Assembly: GCF_004010195.1 (NCBI RefSeq)
Contig: NC_057718.1
Span: forward strand, 20,791,635-20,838,264
Direction of reading: 5' to 3'
Length of the DNA stretch: 46,630 nt
Source: Chiloscyllium plagiosum
Taxonomy: Eukaryota
Shown here: positions 1 through 9,993 of the stretch, piece by piece
Layout: every line of letters begins with the position of its first letter
Numbering within the stretch: position 1 is the stretch's first letter
The notes under the pieces: model-generated
What the model saw: the letters and a program-made list of their open reading frames with translations, nothing else
Told to the model about the DNA's origin: nothing
Databases searched by the model: none
Program-made: the position numbers and the translations under genes

Positions 1-790
1 AATGTTGCCCCTTAGGTCTCTTTTATATCTTTTCCCTCTCACCCTAAACCTCCTCCTCCCACTCCCCCCCCCCCCCCACCCCAGGGAACAGACTTTGTCT
101 ATTTATCACATCCATGCCCCTCATGATTTTGTAAACCTCTATAAGGTCGCCCCTCAGTCTCCAACGCTCCAGGGAAAACAGCCCTAGCCTATTCAACCTC
201 TTCCTATCGCTCAAATCCTCCAACCCTGGCAAAATCTTTTCTGAACCCTTTCCGATAGAAAGGAGACCAGAATTATATGCAATATTCCAACAGTGGCCTA
301 ACAAATGTCCTGTACAGCCGCAATTTGACCTCCCAACTCCTGTACTCAATACTCTGACCAATAAAGGATAGCTTACCAAATGCCTTCTTCACTCTATACC
401 CGCGACTCCACTTTCAAGGAGGTATGAACATGCACTCCAAGGTGTCTTTGTTCAGCAACACTCCCTCAGACCTTACCATTAAGTGTGTAAGTCCTGTTAA
501 GATTTGTTTTCCAAAATTGCAGCACCTCGCATTTATCTGAATTAAACTCCATCTGCCACTTCTCAGCCCAATGGCTCATCTGATCAAGATCCTGTTTTAA
601 TCGGAGGTAACTTTCTTCACTGTCCACTACATCTCCAATGTTGGTATCATCAGCAAGCTTACTAACTATACCTCTTAAGCTCACATCCAAATCATTTATA
701 TAAATGATCAAATGTAGTGGACCCAGCACCGATCCTTGTGGCACTCCACTGGTCACAAGCCTCCATTCTGAAAAACAACCCACGACTTTG
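1..790 (-). mobile_element. CR1-clade LINE fragment (RT C-terminal part), runs off the window edge
   Basis: ORF 466..837: SGVPQGSVLGP, YINDL, ADDT, QDLD, W..KWQMEFN..KC; ORF 44..379: LGLFSLERxRLRGDLIEVYKI. Confidence 0.93.
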
Positions 791-1092
791 CTCCAATTAG
801 TCCCAAGATGCTGTTTAGCAAGATCAAGATTGCCCAAATGGTTAACATCAGCGGGAGCAACTAAAGGTTAGACATGAGTGATGTCATGTATAGTAAAGAT
901 GTTGAGGCAGGAAGGAAAAGTATAAATCCACTAGCATGTTACCTGATTTGGTAGGAGTCATAGAATTAATGCAGTCTGTAACAGCTAGGCCCACCCAATC
1001 TCAGGATAGACCCCAAATCAATTAGTCAGTCTTTAGGTGGCAACAAAATGGCAATTAGGATTTGGAATCACTGAAAAAAAAAAGAAGAGCTA

Positions 1093-1313
1093 CATTCAGT
1101 TCTGCTATAACACATGGCTCTTCACTGTGAATTGGGTATAATGCTATTGAAGAATTTATACCATTATTTGTAGAACGCAAACCTTCCTGACCCATATTAG
1201 CTATAACGTGATTCCAGTCCCATTGGTTTAAATGGTGCTGCTATCACGTGATTTTCTTCTAATGCGGGGTCACATGGGAATCAAACTATCACGGGTTATA
1301 TCAGAACAGACTG
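1093..1313. mobile_element. Tigger/pogo-like MITE (degraded)
   Basis: Imperfect TIRs cattcagttctgctataac / gttatatcagaacagactg; TA present on the left, decayed on the right. Confidence 0.6.
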
Positions 1314-1639
1314 AAATTGACTCCCTCTCCTTGCAAGCCCATAATTCAGTGGTGCGTTAAGGAGTGAATGGGCACTAGGCAGCTTTCCCATATCTCTTGA
1401 GGTATTTTCCAACAGCTTTGCAGTTGAGTAAATAATTACTAGTCACTGTGAACAAGTTGTTTTCAGTACACTAACATGCACAGAGGTTTGAACCCGATTA
1501 ACAATCCTGAATTAGTTGTCAGTGTAGTTCTTCTCACATTCAGGGTTATCCAACAAATGGTACTAATTTCAGAATCACATCTAATGTTAGAACACTATGT
1601 TACGAGTTTTATCAAACTACATGTATTAATAGAGGGTCC

Positions 1640-2125
1640 TGTCCTTTGCAAACAGAAACATGTACATTCGCAGCATCTTCCCAATACAACTAAATAGGTG
1701 ACAACCATCTGTTTAATTTCTCAGAGTCATGTCTTGACCAATCACAGTCAAGTTGGCTGGTTTAAAATTAATATTTAAAGCCTGGTTTTAATGGTCAACC
1801 AACAATTCCTCCAAACTATACAGCTCTGAAGGATTGTACAAACTGATTAATGTGCTCGGCCATGTGGACATATTCAATTCCAGTTTCTTCAGCCACTGCC
1901 ACGCATGGTGCTCATAGGACCTCGCAGCAGCTGGAGAAATCAGAAGGAATGTAGCAGTCAATCATTAATGGGTGCATTCTCTGCCAGTCAGAGTCCACTT
2001 GTCAACCAATCAGCACCCATGCTGTGTAAATGTTGTTCCTTGAATTTATACACTTGTCAAAAATCCTAATAAGTGCAAGACAAAAAGCATTGACAAAATG
2101 TGACTTTTACCAGAAATTCTGAAAT
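1640..2125 (+). repeat. Old dispersed repeat with a decayed hammerhead-like 3' motif (probable PLE remnant); second copy at ~23500..23830
   Basis: Both copies share cagagtcyacttgycaaccaa and tccyratragtgcaagayraaaagcwttgacaaaatgtg. Boundaries are approximate. Confidence 0.5.
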
Positions 2126-2559
2126 TAAATGTGCTGAATGTTATTAGTTTACAGTGCTTATAATTGAGAATATTATCGAATTTTACAGCAAAGCAGGATT
2201 TGATTTGTGCACGATAGGAGAAAATAACTTTCCAATATCATGGCCTTTCAATTTACTACAGATCTTTCAGTTTGTATTCTTCAATTGAGCCCATGACAGT
2301 TCTCAGCCCAGAACTGCAAAAACCTGAATCTGGCTGACAGTGTCAATTATTATATTATTTTAATATCATCTATACTAGATCCTTAAGTATCTAACCTGAT
2401 ACTTAATTAACTCTAGGTTACAACCTTTAAAAACTATTCAGCCAAAAAGCATATCTTCACAAGACAAAGTTCATTTCTTCAGAATGTCTCTCCTTTTTTC
2501 ATCACTTCTGGTGAATCCAAAACCAGTGCTCATCACTGGTGAACTCTATAATGAAGGAG

Positions 2560-2810
2560 TGTGGCCATTGCTGGAGGCACCATCTTTTGAATGAGAAGTT
2601 AAACCCATTCAGGTGGATCTAAAGATGCTAAGGCACTATTTGTGAAGGGTCAGGAGAGCTCTTGCCCTGTGGTAAACAATATTTATCCCTGAACCAATGC
2701 TGTCTAAATAGATTATACAGCTATATTTCACATTTTTTGTTTTCAAATTGGTCATCCAATTTCTCCTCATTTACAACAGTGAATACAATTCAAAAGTACA
2801 TCTTTTTAAA
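2560..2810 (+). mobile_element. Deu-domain SINE (SacSINE1/AmnSINE-like), degraded
   Basis: ggaggcaccatcttttgaatgagaagttaaacc...caggtggatctaaagatgctaaggcactatt...aatatttatccct...tacaacagtgaatacaattcaaaagtac resembles the recalled Deu-SINE consensus; similar to 19625..19895. Confidence 0.7.
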
Positions 2811-3489
2811 AACCTAACCTCAACATTCCCCAATCATCCCTTTACTTGTTTACTCCTTCACAATTCTCATTTAACCTTTGCATGTTCATTATCAGTTTCT
2901 CATTTCGCTACATTGGTGAAGCAGTATTCAGGACATCTTTGGGTTTTTCCTGCCCTCTTTTAAATAACGTTCTCTACACGGCTTGGTTAATATTTTCAGA
3001 TCCTAACTCACCAATCTAAAAGCAAAGGTCACATCACATTAGATGGAATGCAATATTTATAAAAAGAAACATTTCATGGGAGAAAACTGCAGAGAGGTAC
3101 ATTACCTCCAGAAGATGAACAAGAAGAGTAATTCCAGGAGAAATCCAGAATATCTATTTGGAAACTATATTGACGTACTATAACAACAATGTCTAAATGA
3201 CAGTTCTTACCTGCAAAACTGCAGATTTTGGTGAAAGGCCAATTGGTAAAGGCCACTGGTTAAGTCTCATTTCTTGGGGAGAATCCAGGAATGAGAGAGT
3301 AAATTGTTTTAGATCCTTCTTGTGGGGTGGGTGAAGGAGGTTTGAAAGTAACAGCAGAAGTGTGGTTTTTAAGAGGTCATCATCTTACTCCTACATCTCC
3401 CCCTCCCCAACCTATCTGCACTTAGATCCCCAAATTGGTTTCTCCATTTAAAAAATGAGCCATGTTTCAGCCTTGAAAAGAGAAGTTGC

Positions 3490-3990
3490 TGCTCACAATG
3501 AGGTCTCCTGCACACTGGAGAGATGAAACACAGACCGGGTGATTACTTAATGAAACACAAATGTCTGTCTGCAAAAATTACCCTGAACTTGTGGTCACCT
3601 GCCATTTCAACATAGTGCTCCCTGGCCAACATTTCTATCTCAGGCCTGCTGCAGTGCTTCAGCACAAGCTGGAAGAACAGCATACCAAATTTCTGTTTGG
3701 GGACCCTGCAGCCTTCAGGACTCAGTAGTGTGTTCAATAATTTTAGAGCCTGAGCACTCCCTTCCATGTTGTTTATCCACCCTGACACTCCAGATCTTGT
3801 CATCAAATGGATTGCTTTCATCATGACTTCACCTCCACCGTTTCCTAGCTACAATCAGTTCTGAAGGAGTGTCACTGGATCCGAAACTTTAACTCAGTTT
3901 CTCTCTCCACAGATGCTGCCAGACCTGTTATGTTTCTCCAGCTAACTCTGTTTTCGTTTCAGATTTCCAGCATTTGCAGTTCTTCCTTTC
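3490..3990 (+). mobile_element. Penelope-like element 3' fragment (degenerate GIY-YIG C-terminus, decayed hammerhead, tail)
   Basis: Remnant of C..CGLLYIGE...RLG..F.EH; ctgaaggagtgtcactggatccgaaac at ~3861; tail ccacagatgctgccagacctg...ttccagcatttgcag; homologous to 22520..22960. Confidence 0.65.
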
Positions 3991-5009
3991 TTGTTCGTGT
4001 ATCTTTCCTGTCAGGAATGAGGTAGTGGGCAAGTTGCAATCTTTCAATGGCCATCACTTGATAATTTAAGTGCCTTAATTGATGATGGATTGAGTAGGTC
4101 AACCATAGGCCTTCTCACTCAGAAGTGTATTGCTGAGTTGATGAGGAGGGAATGATTGTTTCACCCGGGTCAACTTAATCAGTTATTTCAATTTCCCTTC
4201 ACCTCGAGGGAGGCAAAAATTGAACCCATGGTGTATCATGCAATGTCTGCATTTCTGTTCATGTTTCAAATATAGATGCTGGTATTTAATTAGGATTTGA
4301 GACATGCATGTGCACAGAACTTTTTGTCCCCCACCCTGACTGTACCTATACCTTTATAAATATAAAGTTAGATAGGAGTTAAAATCTTTGAAAGATTTCA
4401 TTTTAAACATCAATTGCTGGCATCAAAGGAACAGACTCAGAAGTTGCAGAGAATTAAATTAAGAAATCAACAGCTGAAAACAGATGTGTAACTTAAATGA
4501 ACAAATACACAGCAATACTGTTTTAATTCCTTTCCTGTTCAAGCCAAGAAACCTTTCCCAACTTCAACACCTGCAAGCAACTATAAATATGGAAAATGGG
4601 AGGAGTAATAACATGCATCACACCCTGACAAATAGGTGTCCTTGGTAAAGAATCACTCTTCAACTTATGTTATCATATACAGTATTAAGGAAATTTTATT
4701 ACAGCCCTAAACAGGTTAACACAGAACATTTTAAAGCACAAAATTTGAAAGACTATTTTATAATTAGCATATATCAAGAGCCATGCACAACGTGTCGCAT
4801 GCCTCAACCACAAAGAAACTATTTTATTTTTGTCAAGTTTCCTTTTAAGACCAGTTTAACTTCATCTTATTAATGATTGCTGCACATAATTGATGTTCTG
4901 GTCATCACACTGAAAATGTTAATATCTGTTCTGTAGGTAGCAGCATCTAAGTCATTGGAAAATTGCCATTACTTTGTGGCTAACTTGTAGCAGTTGGAAT
5001 AGAACTCAC

Positions 5010-5104
5010 CTTCAGAGACGTAAGACAAAGCCTTGTTCTTCAAAGACAGCATGGTAAGCAAATTGAAAAACAGGGCCACAAAGGTACCAACAAGGAGGCG
5101 CCCC
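5010..5104 (-). CDS. slc30a6: ZnT6 coding exon (95 nt; (T)GRLLVGTFVALFFNLLTMLSLKNKALSYVSE)
   Basis: ttctgtcctgcag|GGGGCGC...TCTGAAG|gtgagt; phase 2 in, phase 1 out; lies inside ORF 4969..5181; matches human GRLLVGTFVALCFNLFTMLSIRNKPFAYVSE. Confidence 0.96.
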
Positions 5105-5762
5105 CTGCAGGACAGAATTTGATCATATCTCAATAAACTATGAAAGCTGATCTTCATTTTAGTTGCTACCTGCAATGACATTTCTGATGGTTAATTACTA
5201 ATTTTCTTTATTCAAAAAACATGCAACTGCCAATCTAAGCCTTATTGCACTACTTCAATTTAAACTGCACAAAAATTGGAATTCACAATCCAAATAAGCT
5301 GAGGACCACTTCACCATTCACAGACTGGCAATAGGTCAGGGAGCAAGCAACATAATTTTTTCAAAAAAAGATGAGACATCTTTATGTATATTCATGCTTA
5401 CAGGTTTTGTGTCTTGTTGCAGAGATACCCCTCAAATGTCTTGAAATGATTCTGCAGCAAATAAAGGTCATGAGGTGGACTGATGTGAGTACAACTCTGA
5501 AACTGCAATCCTGGCTGAAGACAAAGACCCAGTCGATGGGAATGATGCCCAAAACTTATTTTTCCACATAGGATGTGAATTTTCAACAAGTGCTTTTGTC
5601 TTCAATTTACCTACACAAGCTCCATCGAGACTTGAGGTATGGATGGATCTAAAATACCAGTCCTTTTCCTTACAACATAAGGCTGTTGTGTCTGATTGGA
5701 CTGGTGAATAGTTGACTTATTGTGAAAATGTCTAATTTAATCTTTCATATCTTACAGGAATA

Positions 5763-5935
5763 CAGAAGAACCTTGATTATCTGAAGGACACAGGCAGGGA
5801 GTATTTTGTTCGGTTCATTGAATTCTGCATAATCAAATTCTGGATAACACAGTTTAGCAAAGCATTGGGACCTGCGATCTTGCCAGATAATCTGATATTC
5901 GGATAATCGAATGCTGGATATTCAAGTTTCCTCTG
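5763..5935. mobile_element. Tigger/pogo-like MITE with TA target duplication
   Basis: TA|cagaagaaccttgattatc ... gatattcaagtttcctctg|TA; ~19-bp imperfect TIRs; internal ggataatc repeats. Confidence 0.75.
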
Positions 5936-6073
5936 TATAACATTTAGTTCTTGGGAAATTAAATTTCTAACGCGTGATTTGTAATTAAATTAACTCTGGA
6001 ATTCACAAAGGTCTTTCTATGTGCACTTACAAGACAAGAATTAGAAAGATGACACCCCCAAAACTGCAGGCCA

Positions 6074-6357
6074 TAGAGTTATAGAAATGTACAGCACAGA
6101 AACAGACCCTTCGGTCCGACGCTCCAGGGAAAACAGTCCTAGCCTATTCAGCCTCTCCCTATAGCTCAAATCCTCCAACCCTGGCAACATCCTTGTAAAT
6201 CTTTTCCGAACCCTTTCAAGTTTCACAACATCTTTCCGATAGGAAGGAGACCAGAACTGCATGCAATATTCCAACAGTGGCCTAACCAATGTTCTGTGCA
6301 GCCGTAACATGACTTCCCAACTCCTGTACTCAATACTCTGACCAATAAAGGAAAGCA
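6074..6357 (-). mobile_element. CR1 3' end with tail (internally deleted); probable non-inverted part of the adjacent CR1
   Basis: LSFIGQSIEYRSWEVMLRL...YCMQFWSP...LERVRKRFTRMLPGL; tail gggtctgtttctgtgctgtacatttctataactctat. Confidence 0.92.
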
Positions 6358-6418
6358 CAACAGCAGTTTTAAAAGGGAGAAGTACAGACAAAGGAAGCAC
6401 ATGGTGAGGACAGTGCAG

Positions 6419-7049
6419 GAGAGAGAGAGTGTGTGAGAGAGAGAGAGAGAGAATGTGAGAGAGAGCGTGCGAGAGAGCGTGCGAGAGAGCGTGCGAGAGC
6501 GCGTGCGGAGCGAGCGAGAGAGCGAGAGAGCGAGCGAGCGAGAGAGCGAGAGAGCGAGAGAGCGAGCGAGCGAGAGAGCGAGAGAGCGAGCGAGCGAGAG
6601 AGCGAGAGAGCGAGAGAGCGAGCGAGCGAGAGAGCGAGAGAGCGAGCGAGCGAGAGAGCGAGAGAGCGAGAGAGCGAGCGAGCGAGAGAGCGAGAGAGCG
6701 AGCGAGCGAGAGAGCGAGAGAGCGAGAGAGCGAGCGAGCGAGAGAGCGAGAGAGCGAGCGAGCGAGAGAGCGAGAGAGCGAGAGAGCGAGCGAGCGAGAG
6801 AGCGAGAGAGCGAGCGAGCGAGAGAGCGAGAGAGCGAGAGAGCGAGCGAGCGAGAGAGCGAGAGAGCGAGCGAGCGAGAGAGCGAGAGAGCGAGAGAGCG
6901 AGCGAGCGAGAGAGCGAGAGAGCGAGCGAGCGAGAGAGCGAGAGAGCGAGAGAGCGAGCGAGCGAGAGAGCGAGAGAGCGAGCGAGCGAGAGAGGGAGCG
7001 AGAGAGGGAGCGAGAGAGGGAGCGAGAGAGGGAGCGCGAGAGCGAGAGA
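6419..7049. repeat. Compound GA/GAGC microsatellite with a 56-bp higher-order period, in the CR1 5'UTR
   Basis: Unit (GAGAGAGC)3(GAGC)2(GAGAGAGC)2(GAGC)2 repeated about 8 times over ~6540-6990. Confidence 0.97.
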
Positions 7050-7847
7050 TAGAAAACCTGCACAGTTACTGCCTTTGCTGTTTGAATTCATGTATCGCTG
7101 GACATTGGAGTGCATCTGGGAAAATTAACAAACAATGAATTTCATAACTAATCTTGGAGGAACCTGTTTGGACGAAGTTCACAACACGGAATCAGACAAA
7201 TTAATCGTTGTTTTAAGTCTGTGTAATAGAAAGGCTGCAGTAGTGAGTACAGTGGGTTCTTTCTTGATTATGTGTTTTTGGAGATAAGTCTCTTGATTAA
7301 ACTTAAAATATAAGCCATAACTATTAATTTAACCTGGGGCAGTGTTTTGTAGAGGAATAAGACGGTGTTATTTTCTGGGTCTGTAGATTGTGAAGGAGCA
7401 AAAAAGGCCTTTAGTACAATGATATGTACTTCTTGTCAGATGTGGGAGTTTAAAGAGAGTTTAAGGGTTACTGCAGATTATATCTGCCATAAATGCTGTT
7501 GGATGCGAATCTTATCAAATTGAACGGATTGGTTGGAGAGACAATTAGAAGCGATGAGGAATTTGCAACAGCAACAGTATGTGATGGATGGCAGTTATAG
7601 GAAGGGGGGAAAAGTCTCAGATATAATCACACAGATGGGTTAACTCCAGGAAGGGTAAGAGAGGTAGACACCTAGGGCAGGAGTCTTTTGTAGATATACC
7701 CATTTCAAACAGGAATGCTGTCTTGGAAAATGTAGGGGTGATGGATTCTCAGCGGAACGTAGCACGAACAGCCAAGTATTTGGCATGGAGACTGGCTCTA
7801 ATGCAACGAGGGGTATGTTGGCTTCCAAGAGATCAATTGTGTTAGGG

Positions 7848-9993
7848 CAGACCTGGGCATTTTACGGCCCCCCGCGGGCCATATCTGGCCCTTTGGTCGT
7901 TCCTTCCGACCCGCATGAGGTCAATCTTAAATTAGAACATAAATGAAAAAATATTTACGCCATGCACGCAATACAACTGTGTTGCTTTTGTTTTGAAAAG
8001 GATGCTTTTTTAAAATTTATGTATGGACGCACATGCGCGTGTATGTGTGTGCGTGAACAACTAAAAGTGATGCTTGCTGGCTAGCCCTCAAAATGTCAGC
8101 TCATGCCAAGACAAGTTATGTCATATCCCACAAAATCACCAGAAACAGTAAACCGTTTTCTGATGGAGAGTGTATTAAGGAGTGCTTGTTGGACTCTGCA
8201 GAACTAATATGCCCGGAGAAAAAGGAGGCATTTGAGAATGCGTCCCTCTCCAGATGCACTGTAACGAGAAGGATTGGGCTCATTGCGAGAAATCTGGAGC
8301 TTCAGCTGCAGCACAGAGCGGTCAACTTTGACTTTTTTTCCTTGGCTTTGGATGAGAGCTGCGATGTATGTGACACAGTCCAGCTACTCATCTTCATACG
8401 TGGGATAACCACGGACTTTAAAATCACGGAGGAGCTGGCAGCCATGCAATCAATGAAAGGAACAACTGCTAATGATTTGTTCACGGAGGTAAATGCATGT
8501 TTGGACACGTTGGGACTAAAATGGGACAAGCTGGTGGGTGTGACAACGGATGGTTGTCCAAATCTAATGGGAAAAAATGTTGGACTCTTAAAGAGAATGC
8601 AGGATAAAGTGAGAGAAATTGACCCTGAACAGAAATTGGTGTTTTTGCATTGTGTTATACATCAGGAAGTGTTGTGTAAGTCGGTGTTAAAAATTAACCA
8701 TGTGGTTGATGTTGTAACTAAAATAGTTAACTTCATCAGGGCAAGAGCCTTGAATCACATGCAGTTTGTTGCACTTTTGGAGGAAAATGAGACTGAACAT
8801 CATGACATAGGCTACCACACAGTTGTCAGGTGGCTCAGCCTGGGCAAAATGCTGAAAAGTGTATGGGACCTGAGAGAAGAGATTCAAGATTTGTGTGTGA
8901 AGAAAGGGATTGGCATTCCACAGCTTTCAGATGCAGACTGGATTGCAGACCTTGGTTTTGCTGTTGATGTGACTGCACTTATGAATGAGCTAATGTGAAA
9001 CTGCAGTGCAAGGGCCTTTTTGTGCATGAAATGTACAACTTGGTGAAGGCTTTTATGAGAAGGCTGCAGCTTCTCTCAAGCCAAGTGGAGGACAACATTC
9101 TCACCCACTTGCCAACACTGAAGAAAGCCGCACCTTATGCTGATCGCCTCCATAGGTACTCATGTTAGAAGCACTGCATGGTGAACTTTCAAGGCGATTT
9201 CAAGACTTTAAAATGGTTGAGAATGAAATGCATATGATTTTTTCCCCATTTACATGCAATGTGGAGAATGCATCTAGTGATGTTCAGCTTGACCTCATTG
9301 ACCTGCAGTCTGACACACTTCTGGCAGAGTTCTTTAGGTCAGTCTCACTGTTTGACATTTACTCTTCCCTCAAAGAGGAGAACTTTCCACACATGAGGAG
9401 GCATGCTCAGAAGATTCGAGTCCTCTTTGGATCTACCTATATATGTGAACAGACATTCTCAGTGAGGAAGGTTAACAAATCCAAATACAGATCCTCTATC
9501 ACTGACGATCACCTCTCAATTGTCCTTCACATATCCACCTCAGACATTCAACCAGATTTCAGTGCACTTGTTCAAGCCCGAAACAGACTGGATTTTTCTC
9601 ACTAAACAAGTAAAATGAACCGAAAAAACATCAAAAGCACTTATTGCTTTTTGTATAGAGTTGTTTGTAATACTAAACAATAATGAAACAACTTTTCATT
9701 ATTGGTTTGTAAAATTAACATGTTAAAAATAAAATGAAATACTGAAATTTTTGTTTTTACTGTTTATTTCTTCGATATTTGACCTACTCCACAATTTCAT
9801 ATCTTTATTGTAACAGAATATCCTTATTCTTTTGATTATAAGTTTCAGTGCAAAACTATTTAATATAATACTTTTTACAATGGGAGAAAATTAATACGGA
9901 GAAGAATTATGTTCAACTTATTGTTGGTTCGGCCCTCCAACACAACTCAGGTTTCTCATATGGCCCCTTGGAAGAATTAATTGCCCACCTCTG
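7848..9993 (+). mobile_element. hAT DNA transposon, Buster/Charlie/SPIN-like (GTF2IRD2-type transposase), 2146 bp
   Basis: 8-bp TSD TGTTAGGG at 7840-7847 and 9994-10001; TIRs CAGACCTGGGCA / TGCCCACCTCTG; the empty site caattgTGTTAGGGgattc is present in the CR1 copy at ~33797-33815. Confidence 0.96.
8093..9605 (+). pseudogene. hAT transposase pseudogene (frameshifts near 8992 and 9160; N-terminus apparently deleted)
   Basis: KPFSDGE..KEC, SLALDES (D), TTDG (D), HCVIHQE (CxxH), RWLS, FGSTYICEQTFS (E) and the C-terminal dimerisation region. Confidence 0.92.

Noticed and set aside
1860..1960. Minus-strand acceptor-like tttctccag|CTGCTG as the next slc30a6 exon
   Set aside because: The translation (AARSYEHH...) does not match the expected ASTSWLQEHVADL, and it lies within an old repeat.
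6041..7138. Four long overlapping ORFs (227-340 aa; RE/SRSL-rich)
   Set aside because: They are translations of a stop-free GA/GC microsatellite, not SR-type proteins.
8093..9605. Host GTF2IRD2/EPM2AIP1/ZBED-type domesticated gene
   Set aside because: It has TIRs, a TSD and frameshifts and sits inside a LINE, so it is a transposon copy.
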